From assembly GCA_903825255.1 (NCBI GenBank), contig CAIJZZ010000030.1, forward strand, positions 20,956-84,955: a stretch of 64,000 bases of DNA. The letters are read 5' to 3'. The first letter of the stretch is position 1. Each line of letters starts with the position of its first letter. Under the pieces are notes generated by a model. That model worked only from the letters and a program-made list of their open reading frames with translations. It did not search any database and was not told the origin of the DNA. A program made the position numbers and the translations under genes. This stretch comes from an uncultured bacterium (lineage in GTDB: Bacteria > Patescibacteriota > Minisyncoccia > Phycocordibacterales > UBA9973). Positions 40,313-49,787 of this stretch are shown here, piece by piece.

Positions 40313-40603
40313 ATGAAAGACATTAAACGATTTGATAAAGTTACAGCTTTAAAATACAACAAACAAATTTCTGGTTGGAATCTTGATGAAAAATATAAAA
40401 CCATTTCCCACGAATTTAACTTTAAAGATTTTAAAGGTTCAATAAATTTTGTAAAAAAAGTAGCCAAAATAGCTGAGAGGGAAGATCATCATCCTGACAT
40501 TCATATTTTTTACAATAAAGTTTTAATTGAGCTTTCTACTCATTCTCTAGGTGGGCTATCTGCTAAAGATTTCTTAGTTGCTTCACAAATAGATACAGTT
40601 TAA
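40313..40603 (+). CDS. Pterin-4-alpha-carbinolamine dehydratase
   Basis: F.FKDF, AE..DHHPDI, L.TH..GGLS..DF. Confidence 0.9.
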   Translation: MKDIKRFDKVTALKYNKQISGWNLDEKYKTISHEFNFKDFKGSINFVKKVAKIAEREDHHPDIHIFYNKVLIELSTHSLGGLSAKDFLVASQIDTV

Positions 40604-41182
40604 TTAGCCTACAAATTTTCCTTTAAAAATTATTTCAGAAAGAGGTTTGCGATCGTTCGGTGTTTCTCCAGCTCGCATATTTTCTGGAAGGTCTTCAATT
40701 TTACCGTGTTTACCTACGGCTATTGCCATTTCAACTTTATATTCATCAGGAATATTGAGCTCTGTTTTTGCTCTTTCATAATCAAAGCCTGACATACCAT
40801 GGGCAATAATATCCATATCTGTTGCCTGTAAGGCTAGATTTTCCCAAGCTGCACCTGTGTCTGAAGAATGAGTATTATATTCATGACCGTCGCCACGAAT
40901 TTTGGAAATGACTATTATTAAGACACTAGCTTTTGCACACCAGACTTGATTCCAATCTGATAATAAAGAAATAAATTTTTTAAAATCCTCGGTACCATTT
41001 TCAGCATAGATAAATCTCCAAGGTTGGATATTAAAAGCAGAAGGCGCCCAGCGAGCAGCATCAAAAAGGGTCATGAGTTCTTCCTCGGATATAGTCTCCC
41101 CAGACATGGCCCGAGGAGAATAACGTTTTAAAAATACATCATCAATTGGATAATTAGTATTTCTATTATTTAATATTTTCAT
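40604..41182 (-). CDS. Nitroreductase family protein
   Basis: RYSPR, AARWAPSAFN.QPWRF, DTGAAW; start reassigned to ATG 41182, 6 nt after TATAAT. Confidence 0.92.
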   Translation of the reverse strand: MKILNNRNTNYPIDDVFLKRYSPRAMSGETISEEELMTLFDAARWAPSAFNIQPWRFIYAENGTEDFKKFISLLSDWNQVWCAKASVLIIVISKIRGDGHEYNTHSSDTGAAWENLALQATDMDIIAHGMSGFDYERAKTELNIPDEYKVEMAIAVGKHGKIEDLPENMRAGETPNDRKPLSEIIFKGKFVG

Positions 41183-41219
41183 GTTTTGATTATAACATTT
41201 TTTAGTGTAAAATAATAAT

Positions 41220-42629
41220 ATGAAAATAACATTTAAAAACAACATAAAAGATATAAAGGAGGAGATACTTTTTGTTTCAGTTGATCCTAAAAATAAGGAT
41301 GAAATTATTAAAGAAAATGGTGTGAAAACTCTTTATTTGAAATGCGATGAAACAATGAATTTAAGAAAACTTTATTTACTTATTCGTAAAATGGTAGTAA
41401 TGGTAAAAGGTGTAAAAGCTGAAAAATTTGCTTTTGATTTTAACGATTTTAAATTTAAAGCTTTGAAAGTTTCAGACATTGAATTAGGTGAATTAATTGG
41501 AACTCAGCTCGATTTCGCCAATTATGAATTCAATATTTACAAAACAAAACCCAAAGAGGGTTTTCCGAATATTTCTGAAATTTTTATTTTAGGAACAGAA
41601 AAGCCTGCCCGAACTGCGAAGCAGGGCGCGGAAATTCAAAATGCAATATTTAAAGGAAATATTATTACAGGAGAAGTGAACAAGACACGTACGCTTTCAA
41701 ATATTCCGGGAGGAGATATGACACCAAAGATTTTAGCTGACAAAGCAAAAGTAGCAGTCAAAGGAATGCCAGTGAAAGTAACTGTGCTAGGAGAAAAAGA
41801 AATGGAAAAGCAAAAAATGCAAGCAATACTTTCTGTTGGTCGCGGATCGATTGAAGAGTCAAAATTTATTATTATGGAATACAGCGGAGGAAATAAAGGA
41901 GAGAAACCAATTGTACTTGTCGGCAAAGGTGTGACTTTTGATACAGGTGGAATAAATTTAAAACCTTCATCGGCTTTACTTGGAATGAATATGGATATGT
42001 CCGGTGGTGCATCTGTAATCCATACTTTAGCACTTGTGGCAAAAATGAAATTAAAAAAGAATGTTGTAGGGCTTATTCCATCAGTTGAAAATATGGCTTC
42101 TGGTAATGCTTATCGTCCTGGGGATGTGATTCGTTCAATGTCTGGTCAAACTATTGAAGTTTTAAATACAGATGCTGAAGGGCGAGTGATTTTAGCTGAT
42201 GCACTGACTTATGCTCAAAAATATAATCCTGAAGTTGTGATCGACGTGGCGACGTTGACTGGAGCGGCATGTGTGGCTTTGGGCGAACGGGCATCAGCTA
42301 TTTTTACAGACAATGATCAGCTGGCAAAAAAATTAGAAGAAGTTGGTGAAAAAACAGGAGATTATGTCTGGCGATTACCTATGTGGGAGGAATATGAAAA
42401 TGAAATAAAAGGGAGCTTAGGGGACTGGACCAATGTACATAATAAAGATTCGCGTTACGGCGGGGCGACTTATGGTGCAATTTTTTTACATCAATTTATC
42501 AAAGGCTATAAATGGGCTCATATTGATATGGCTCCACGAATGACCGCTATGGCTGGAGAAAACCTCGCTTCAGGTGCATTAGGGACACCAGTAAGGCTAT
42601 TATATAAGTTTATTGAAGAATATAAATAA
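41220..42629 (+). CDS. pepA: Leucyl aminopeptidase (M17)
   Basis: VGKGVTFDTGG..LKP, DM.G, NTDAEGR, ATLTGA. Confidence 0.93.
   Translation: MKITFKNNIKDIKEEILFVSVDPKNKDEIIKENGVKTLYLKCDETMNLRKLYLLIRKMVVMVKGVKAEKFAFDFNDFKFKALKVSDIELGELIGTQLDFANYEFNIYKTKPKEGFPNISEIFILGTEKPARTAKQGAEIQNAIFKGNIITGEVNKTRTLSNIPGGDMTPKILADKAKVAVKGMPVKVTVLGEKEMEKQKMQAILSVGRGSIEESKFIIMEYSGGNKGEKPIVLVGKGVTFDTGGINLKPSSALLGMNMDMSGGASVIHTLALVAKMKLKKNVVGLIPSVENMASGNAYRPGDVIRSMSGQTIEVLNTDAEGRVILADALTYAQKYNPEVVIDVATLTGAACVALGERASAIFTDNDQLAKKLEEVGEKTGDYVWRLPMWEEYENEIKGSLGDWTNVHNKDSRYGGATYGAIFLHQFIKGYKWAHIDMAPRMTAMAGENLASGALGTPVRLLYKFIEEYK
41603..41631. repeat. GC-rich hairpin element inside pepA
   Basis: GCCTGCCCGAACTGCGAAGCAGGGCGCGG in AT-rich context; ends resemble 47993-48023. 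Confidence 0.55.
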
Positions 42630-42635
42630 AAAATT

Positions 42636-42914
42636 ATGAACAATGAAGTAGATTTATTAAGAAAAGTTGAAGAATTGACTGCCAAACTCAATCAAGTATT
42701 TGGTGAGAAAGGAAGACATTTTTTTGTTCGATATCCTTTGACTTTTGCTATTTTGATTGTGTTTGGGGTAGTAATGGTGACTGAAGGGATAAAGCTTTGG
42801 CTTTTAGAAATCCCATTTTTTAAGGATAAACCATATATGATGCTTTTGGGTGGTTTATTGGTTCTAATAATTACTGGTAGTTTGTATAAAAAACTTAGAA
42901 AGATAAAAGAATAG
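42636..42914 (+). CDS. Small 2-TM hypothetical protein
   Basis: Two hydrophobic helices; follows pepA closely. Confidence 0.7.
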   Translation: MNNEVDLLRKVEELTAKLNQVFGEKGRHFFVRYPLTFAILIVFGVVMVTEGIKLWLLEIPFFKDKPYMMLLGGLLVLIITGSLYKKLRKIKE

Positions 42915-42920
42915 AATTGA

Positions 42921-42949
42921 TTGACATTTGGTTTAAATACTTCTAAAAT
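42921..42949 (+). promoter_or_regulatory. Sigma70 promoter
   Basis: TTGACA-17nt-TAAAAT. Confidence 0.7.
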
Positions 42950-42995
42950 CAATTTTAGATATTTTTGATTTTTAACTTAAATAAATATATAAGCC

Positions 42996-43511
42996 ATGAA
43001 TAGAATACCTATAACCCAGAAAATGTTCTTCGAAAGAATAGAAGAAGAAGAGTGGAATAAATTGATAAATGGTGAAATCAATGAAATTAGAATGACCGCC
43101 TTCATTCTAATAAATGAATTTGAAAGAAAAAAAGTCAATTTAGTAATTGAAAAAATTACCCCTCCAATTATTATAGATAATGAAGAAGAAAATATTGAAG
43201 ATTTTATTGATGAAGAAGGTTCAGATATAACTGATTTATTAATAAGTGATCAACAAAAAGAAGATTTCTTCACATTCATGAGAATACAAGATTGTAAGGA
43301 GAAAGATGAAAAAAAAACGTTATGGACTTTTACTGGATATATTTCTGAAGAAGATAATGAAAAAATACCTATTCATATTAATTTTTATCAAGAAATTAAT
43401 ATGATTTATTATGGTGTTATATTACCTTTACCAGAAAAAAATAATATAGTGCAGGTTCTAAATCAAGGAAAAACTAATTTTGATGTCAGTAATCTTTTGA
43501 CTGAAAATTAA
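42996..43511 (+). CDS. Acidic hypothetical protein (stand-alone unit)
   Basis: E/D-rich ORF with its own promoter and terminator. Confidence 0.7.
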   Translation: MNRIPITQKMFFERIEEEEWNKLINGEINEIRMTAFILINEFERKKVNLVIEKITPPIIIDNEEENIEDFIDEEGSDITDLLISDQQKEDFFTFMRIQDCKEKDEKKTLWTFTGYISEEDNEKIPIHINFYQEINMIYYGVILPLPEKNNIVQVLNQGKTNFDVSNLLTEN

Positions 43512-43524
43512 TTTGTTAAAATAT

Positions 43525-43551
43525 AAAACGGGAATTTAAACCCGTTTTTTT
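43525..43551 (+). terminator. Intrinsic terminator
   Basis: AAAACGGG-AATTTAAA-CCCGTTTT followed by a T-run. Confidence 0.75.
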
Positions 43552-43572
43552 ATTTTATGTTATAGTTTTGGG

Positions 43573-44001
43573 ATGTATAATAGATTGTTTATTTTCAGAA
43601 AGGTTAAAATTAAATATAAAAAAGTTAGAATAAAAAGAAAGCGGAAAGCAGGAAATAAAACAGAATATTTAAAATATAAAAAACGAGCGAGAGCTTTAGT
43701 CTTAGAAAGGCTTGAGCACTATAATAAATTTTATGGTTTTGTTTATCATAAAATAGCTATCCGAAATCAAAGGTCACGTTGGGGAAGCTGTTCAAAAAAG
43801 GGAAACCTGAATTTTAATTATAAAATAGTTTTGCTTCCACAAAATATGTCGGACTACGTGATCGTACATGAGCTTTGTCATTTAGGAGAATTTAATCATT
43901 CACACAATTTTTGGGCATTAGTGGTGAAAACGGTTCCGGATTATAAACAAATCCGTAAAGCGATGAAATCAATAAATAGCCCAAAATATGATGCATCTTA
44001 G
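43573..44001 (+). CDS. YgjP/DUF45-like zinc metallopeptidase-fold protein
   Basis: IRNQRSRWGSCS, DYVIVHELCHL...NHS..FW. Confidence 0.88.
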   Translation: MYNRLFIFRKVKIKYKKVRIKRKRKAGNKTEYLKYKKRARALVLERLEHYNKFYGFVYHKIAIRNQRSRWGSCSKKGNLNFNYKIVLLPQNMSDYVIVHELCHLGEFNHSHNFWALVVKTVPDYKQIRKAMKSINSPKYDAS

Positions 44002-44038
44002 GAATGAAAAAAAATATTAAATATGCTATATTATATAA

Positions 44039-44776
44039 GTGGAAAATGAAGTTTATAAGATAAAAACGTTGAATTTCGAAGGGCCATTCGGGCTACTTTT
44101 GAATTTAGTTGAGGAGCGGAAGCTTTTTATAAATGAGATTTCACTTGCCGAGGTAACAGAAGACTATTTAAAATATGTAAATGAATTAGGTAATTTAAAT
44201 TCACTTGAAATTTCTAGTTTTGTAGTGGTAGCTGCTACCTTAATTTTAATCAAATCTAAATCATTATTACCTAATTTAAATTTAACTACTGAAGAAGAAG
44301 GGGATATTCGAAATTTAGAAGATCGTTTAAAATTATATGAACTCTATACTCGTCTTGGGGAAGGTGTAAAAAATAATTTTGGAAAAAAAATTATCTTTGG
44401 AACCGGAGAGAGAAAAAGTGAAATTTTAGTATTTTTGCCTGATGATCAAATAACTAAAGAATCTATGATGACTTTTGCTCGGGATGCGCTCGGTAGAATT
44501 CCAAAGAAGATTTTCTTACCAGAAGTAGAAGTAAAAAAAGTTATTAGTATTGAAGAGATGATCGATAAATTGACTGAAAGAATTCAAAATTCTTTAAAAA
44601 TGAATTTTAAAGAATTTGCTGGAAATTCTAGGACGAAAGAAGAGCGTGTAGTTGTAATTGTCGGATTTCTTGCTATGCTAGAATTAGTACGTAATGGGAT
44701 TTTAAATGCAGTACAAGAAGAGAATTTTAAAGATATTATAATTGAAAAACAAGAAATAATTTTAGAAATTGAATAA
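44039..44776 (+). CDS. scpA: Segregation/condensation protein A
   Basis: FEGP..LLL.L, FLAMLELV. Confidence 0.92.
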   Translation: MENEVYKIKTLNFEGPFGLLLNLVEERKLFINEISLAEVTEDYLKYVNELGNLNSLEISSFVVVAATLILIKSKSLLPNLNLTTEEEGDIRNLEDRLKLYELYTRLGEGVKNNFGKKIIFGTGERKSEILVFLPDDQITKESMMTFARDALGRIPKKIFLPEVEVKKVISIEEMIDKLTERIQNSLKMNFKEFAGNSRTKEERVVVIVGFLAMLELVRNGILNAVQEENFKDIIIEKQEIILEIE

Positions 44777-44777
44777 T

Positions 44778-45332
44778 ATGAATTTAGAACAAAAAATTGA
44801 AGCGATATTATTTTGGAAAGGAGAACCATTTTCTCGCAAAAAGCTTGCGGAAATTTTAAACGTGGGGCAAATAGAAGTGAATGAAAGTATTGAAAAACTC
44901 AAGGAGAATCTTAAAGACCGAGGAATCGTTTTACAAGAGAAGGAAAATGATATTTTACTTGGAACTAATAGAGAGGTAGGTGAATTGATTGAAGCTTTAC
45001 AAAGAGAAGAATTAAATAAAGATTTATCGAAAGCAAGCTTAGAAACTCTTTCAATTATTTTATATAAAAATGGGGCTAGTCGAGCAGAGATTGATTATAT
45101 CCGAGGAGTAAATTCTAGCTTTATATTGAGAGCTTTAGCTATCCGAGGACTTGTGGAAAAAGAAATAGACAAAGAAGATAATCGTCGTTTTATCTATAAA
45201 CCTACTTTTCAATTATTATCTTTTATGGGTGTAAAAAATGTGGAGGAACTGCCTGATTATAATGAAGTGAATCGTTCTATAGAAACAGCTGCAGAAGAGC
45301 TGGAAAAAGAGTTAAATGAAAATATTCAGTAA
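44778..45332 (+). CDS. scpB: Segregation/condensation protein B
   Basis: IEAILF, LSKASLETLSII.Y, EIDYIRGVNS; ATG 44778 preferred over the upstream TTG. Confidence 0.93.
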   Translation: MNLEQKIEAILFWKGEPFSRKKLAEILNVGQIEVNESIEKLKENLKDRGIVLQEKENDILLGTNREVGELIEALQREELNKDLSKASLETLSIILYKNGASRAEIDYIRGVNSSFILRALAIRGLVEKEIDKEDNRRFIYKPTFQLLSFMGVKNVEELPDYNEVNRSIETAAEELEKELNENIQ

Positions 45333-46200
45333 AAATAAAAACAAATTTTTATTTTTAGTCTTAATTATCCTTATCATAGTGACAATTTTATTTTCTGCAG
45401 CCAATCATAAACGAAATGTTATTTTACAAGAGGCAGAGAATAAAAAAATTGAGTTGCAAAATATTATTACGAGTGTCCCCGTCGAGGCGAAAGCTGTTTC
45501 TATTTACGACCTTACTGATAACAGAAAAATTTATGGAAAAAATGATACTTTGGCTATGCCACTCGCCTCTCTGACAAAAACAATGACAATAATTGTTGTT
45601 TTAAATAACCATAATTCAGATGATATAGTTTCTCTTTCAAGTGAGGCAATTAAACAAAACGGAGATGCTGGGTTTAAGTCAGATGAAAAATGGAAAGTAG
45701 GGGACCTAGCCAAGGCAACTCTCGTTGGTTCCTTAAACGATGGTGCATATAGTTTAGCAGAAAATGTCCCTAATTTTTTGTATAAAATGAGGGAAGAGGC
45801 CTCGCTGATTGGGATGAAAAATGCTATTTTTATGAATCCAGCTGGTCTAGACCTTGACGTCGGAAACAATAAAGCTGGTGCGTATGCTACAGCAGAGGGT
45901 GCGAACCAAATGGCTATTTTTGCTTTTAAAACATATCCAGAAATTTTTGGAGCTACCATCCTACCTGAATTAAATTTGAAGTCTGAGTCCGGTTTTACTC
46001 ACGACATAAAAAATACAAATATTATTATAGGCCAAATTCCGAATTTATTATTTTCTAAAACCGGGTTTACTGATCTGGCTGGAGGCAATTTGACGATTGT
46101 TTTTAAAAACAAAAACGACCATAAAATAGCAATTACAGTGCTGGGTTCAACTCTCGCGGGACGTTTTTCAGATATGCAAAAGCTCATAAATGTGTTATAG
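45316..46200 (+). CDS. D-Ala-D-Ala carboxypeptidase (S11)
   Basis: N-terminal TM; SLTK, SLN and KTG motifs. Confidence 0.88.
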   Translation: MKIFSKNKNKFLFLVLIILIIVTILFSAANHKRNVILQEAENKKIELQNIITSVPVEAKAVSIYDLTDNRKIYGKNDTLAMPLASLTKTMTIIVVLNNHNSDDIVSLSSEAIKQNGDAGFKSDEKWKVGDLAKATLVGSLNDGAYSLAENVPNFLYKMREEASLIGMKNAIFMNPAGLDLDVGNNKAGAYATAEGANQMAIFAFKTYPEIFGATILPELNLKSESGFTHDIKNTNIIIGQIPNLLFSKTGFTDLAGGNLTIVFKNKNDHKIAITVLGSTLAGRFSDMQKLINVL

Positions 46201-46208
46201 TTTTAAAT

Positions 46209-47957
46209 ATGAATTCTGAGAAAAAAGTTTGCCAAAACTGTCAGAAAAATTTTATTATTGAGTCAAACGATTTTTCTTTTTACGAAAAAATCAAAGTACC
46301 TCCACCGACTTGGTGTCCGGATTGTCGTTGTGCCAGGCGCATGGTTCACAGAAATGAAAAGAATTTACATAAAAGAACTTGTGACATAACTGGTAAAAAT
46401 ATTATTTCAATTTATCGTCCAGATTGTCCATATACTATTTGTGATAAAGATTATTATTTTTCGGATGATTTTGATCCATTAAAATATGGTCAAGAATATA
46501 ATACGAATATTAAATTCTTTGAACAATTTTATGAGTTTGCTAAAAAAGTTCCTTTTCCGTCTCTCTTCGTTAGAAATTCTCTAAACTGTGAATATAATCA
46601 AGATATGGGTGGAGCTTCTAACTGCTATCTTTGTTTTCGAACACATGACTCACAAAATATGCTCTACACCTATCGAGGAAATCATTCAGCTTACTGTACT
46701 GACTGTTTTCAAGCAGTTGTGCAATCAGAGTTTTTATACGAATGTGTAAATGTCATTACCTGTAGTAATAGTAAATTTTTACATAATTGTGAAAAATGTT
46801 CTGATTCAGCTTTCTTATACAATTGTTCTGGTTGTGTAGATTGCTTTATGTGTATAAATATACGAAACAAGCAGTGCTGTTTTAAGAATGAACAATATTC
46901 TCGCGAAGATTATAAAAAAATATTAGATTCATATAATCTTTCTACATACGAAGGACAACAAAAAGCACTAACTGAATTTGAAGAATATATTAAAGAAAAT
47001 CCTAAAAGAAATTTATCAATTTTTAGGTCAAACAATGTTGTCGGTGATAATATTTTTGACTCTAAAGATAGTAAGAATGTTTGGAATGTGCGAGATTTAG
47101 AAAACTGTTCATATATCTGGGATTCTTTTAATTTTAAAGATTGCATGGATACATATTCTGGAGCTAAAGCAGAACTTATTTATGAGTCTACAGCCACTAC
47201 CAAGGGCAGTAGTAATTGTCATTTTTGTGTGAGGGTGCATAGTGGGTCACGAGATTGTGAATATAGTTGGTTTTTACAAAATTGTTCAAACTGTTTCGGT
47301 TGTGTTGGACTTCGAAATAAAGAATACTGTATTTTTAATATTCAGTATGAAAAAAATGAATATGAAAAACTTTTGTCAGAAATAAAATCAAAAATGCTCG
47401 AAGATAAAGAATATGGAGAATTTTTCCCGTTTTACACTTCACCTTTTCCATACAATGATACTGTTGCGAATGAATATTTTCCTGAAAGTGAGGAATGGGC
47501 TAAAGAGAGGGGGATGAAGTGGGGGAGTTTCGAGGAAAAAAATTATAAATCTACAATCTCTTCAGAAAATTTACCGAATGATATAAAAGATGTACAGGAC
47601 TCAATTTTAAATGAAATAATTACTTGTGCACACAATGGTGAATGTGCTCATAACTGCACAAAGGCTTATAGAATAGTTGCCGATGAATTAGCTTTTTATC
47701 GAAGAAGAAATTTACCATTACCCCGAGAATGTCCTAATTGTCGATATTATCGTAGGTTGGATTATCGTAATCCGACTGTCTTGCGGGAAACCGTCTGCAT
47801 GTGTGAAGGTGAAGGCATAAGTAATGGTGTATATAAAAATACAGTACTACATCAGCATGGAGCAGGGTTTTGTGGAAAAAATATTAATACTACTATAAGA
47901 GATGATTCAGGTTTTTTGATTTATTGTGAGGAATGTTATAAAAAAGAAGTTTTTTAA
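46209..47957 (+). CDS. Cys-rich multi-zinc-ribbon protein, paralog 5 (array C)
   Basis: MNSEKKVCQNC...CEECYKKEVF. Confidence 0.85.
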   Translation: MNSEKKVCQNCQKNFIIESNDFSFYEKIKVPPPTWCPDCRCARRMVHRNEKNLHKRTCDITGKNIISIYRPDCPYTICDKDYYFSDDFDPLKYGQEYNTNIKFFEQFYEFAKKVPFPSLFVRNSLNCEYNQDMGGASNCYLCFRTHDSQNMLYTYRGNHSAYCTDCFQAVVQSEFLYECVNVITCSNSKFLHNCEKCSDSAFLYNCSGCVDCFMCINIRNKQCCFKNEQYSREDYKKILDSYNLSTYEGQQKALTEFEEYIKENPKRNLSIFRSNNVVGDNIFDSKDSKNVWNVRDLENCSYIWDSFNFKDCMDTYSGAKAELIYESTATTKGSSNCHFCVRVHSGSRDCEYSWFLQNCSNCFGCVGLRNKEYCIFNIQYEKNEYEKLLSEIKSKMLEDKEYGEFFPFYTSPFPYNDTVANEYFPESEEWAKERGMKWGSFEEKNYKSTISSENLPNDIKDVQDSILNEIITCAHNGECAHNCTKAYRIVADELAFYRRRNLPLPRECPNCRYYRRLDYRNPTVLRETVCMCEGEGISNGVYKNTVLHQHGAGFCGKNINTTIRDDSGFLIYCEECYKKEVF

Positions 47958-47963
47958 TTCTTT

Positions 47964-48036
47964 ATGGAGACAGAAACAAAAATATGCCAAAACCCGCCCG
48001 TACCGAATGTACGTTCGGGCGGGCTATAAACAAGAT
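47964..48036 (+). pseudogene. Relic 5' end of a further paralog, interrupted by a palindrome
   Basis: ATG GAG ACA GAA ACA AAA ATA TGC CAA AAC (METETKICQN), then a 31-nt insert, then TAT AAA CAA GAT (compare CQNCKQD). Confidence 0.7.
47993..48023. repeat. GC-rich palindromic element
   Basis: CCCGCCCG-TACCGAATGTACGTT-CGGGCGGG. Confidence 0.75.
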
Positions 48037-49785
48037 ATGAATATTAATAGTGAAAATCAAATATGTCAGAACTGTCATGGTGAATTTATAATCGAGCCGG
48101 AAGATTTTAATTTTTATGAAAAGATAAAAGTACCTCTTCCAACTTTTTGTCCGGAGTGTAGAATTAAAGTGCGTTTAGCAGCTTTAAATCACGGTGTTTT
48201 ATTTATGAGTAATTGCTCTAAATGTAAAAAAGAAATGCCTTCTATGTATCAAAAAAATACAGATTTTATCGTTTATTGCACAGAATGTTATTTTAAAGAT
48301 GATTGGGATGCTTCAAGTTATCAACAAGATTATGATTCTTCAAAGAATTTTTTTATTCAAATTTATGAACTTATAAAAAAAATTCCACAATTACACATTG
48401 AACATACTAATAATAATACCGAGGATATTATTTTTTCAAACTATGTTTATAGAAGTAAATCAGTTTATTTGTCTTATGGCGTAGTGCGTAGCGAAAATAT
48501 ATTTTATTCATGGGGATCACACAATCTAAATAAAAATTGTTTTGATTGTATGGAATTTTCAGAGAATGAATCTTGTTATGAAATATTAGATTCTAATCAT
48601 AATTATGGATGTTTATATTTAAATCGTTCAATTAACTGCCTAGATAGTCAATATCTTTTTGATTGTTCAAATTGCACAAATTGTTTTATGTCTTCTAATT
48701 TAAGGAATAAGTCTTGTGTATTTAAAAACATTCAATATTCTAGAGAAAAATATTTTGAATTAATTGAAAAGGAGAATTTAAAAAATTTTGAAAATCGAAA
48801 AAAACTTGAAGAAGAATATGTTGAATTATCAAAAAATGCCATACATAAATATACTATAGTACACAGTACAATTAATTGTACTGGAGATGAAATAATTAAT
48901 TCAAAAAATATTAAGTCAGGTTTTTCTGTTCAAGATTCAGAAGATAGTGCTTATATTCAAATTACAACTAATAAAATAATGAATTGTATGGATATGTCTT
49001 TATCTGGTAGGGCTGAGTTTTGTTATAATTTGGCTGTGTGTGGTAGAGGAAATTATAATGCTCTATGTTCTAATAATGTTGGTGATACAAGAGATATTTT
49101 TTACTGTGATAGTAGTAATCATATTAAAGATTGCTTTGGTTGTGTAGGTGTAAAACACAAAGAATTTTGTATTTTAAATAAACAGTATTCAAAAGAAGAA
49201 TATTTTAAGTTAGTTGAAGTTATTAAAAAAGATATGTCACAAAATCCATATATTGATTCTATGGGACGAAAGTTTTCTTTCGGAGATTTTTTTCCATTTG
49301 ATTTTTCTAGATTTGCCTATAATCAAAGTATGGCTTATGAAATGTTTACAGAAACAGAATCTGAGATTAAAAAACAAGGGTTATCTTGGATTTCTTTAAA
49401 TAAAGGCAATCATGAACACACTTGTGAATTTAAGGAAATCCAAGAAGATTTAAAAAAAGATTATCAAAAAATTATTGAAAGTAAATTTCCCTGTGATAAT
49501 CGAGGCGAAACGCATCTTTGTACAAAGTCTTTTAAAATAACAAAATCAGAATTGGATTTTTATATTAAATATAATTTACCCCTACCTCGAAAGTGTCCAA
49601 ATTGTCGTTACTTTAAAAGAAAAAATAAAAAATTACCTTGGAGACTCTGGCATAGAACTTGTATGTGTGATAAAGCTAATCATGAGCATTCTGGGAAGTG
49701 TAAAGTAGAATTTGAAACAAGTTATTCACCTGAAAGGACGGAGAAAGTTTATTGTGATAAATGTTATAAACTAGAAGTTTATTAA
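48037..49785 (+). CDS. Cys-rich multi-zinc-ribbon protein, paralog 6 (array C)
   Basis: Start reassigned to ATG 48037 (MNINSENQICQNC); ends CDKCYKLEVY. Confidence 0.85.
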   Translation: MNINSENQICQNCHGEFIIEPEDFNFYEKIKVPLPTFCPECRIKVRLAALNHGVLFMSNCSKCKKEMPSMYQKNTDFIVYCTECYFKDDWDASSYQQDYDSSKNFFIQIYELIKKIPQLHIEHTNNNTEDIIFSNYVYRSKSVYLSYGVVRSENIFYSWGSHNLNKNCFDCMEFSENESCYEILDSNHNYGCLYLNRSINCLDSQYLFDCSNCTNCFMSSNLRNKSCVFKNIQYSREKYFELIEKENLKNFENRKKLEEEYVELSKNAIHKYTIVHSTINCTGDEIINSKNIKSGFSVQDSEDSAYIQITTNKIMNCMDMSLSGRAEFCYNLAVCGRGNYNALCSNNVGDTRDIFYCDSSNHIKDCFGCVGVKHKEFCILNKQYSKEEYFKLVEVIKKDMSQNPYIDSMGRKFSFGDFFPFDFSRFAYNQSMAYEMFTETESEIKKQGLSWISLNKGNHEHTCEFKEIQEDLKKDYQKIIESKFPCDNRGETHLCTKSFKITKSELDFYIKYNLPLPRKCPNCRYFKRKNKKLPWRLWHRTCMCDKANHEHSGKCKVEFETSYSPERTEKVYCDKCYKLEVY

Positions 49786-49787
49786 TT

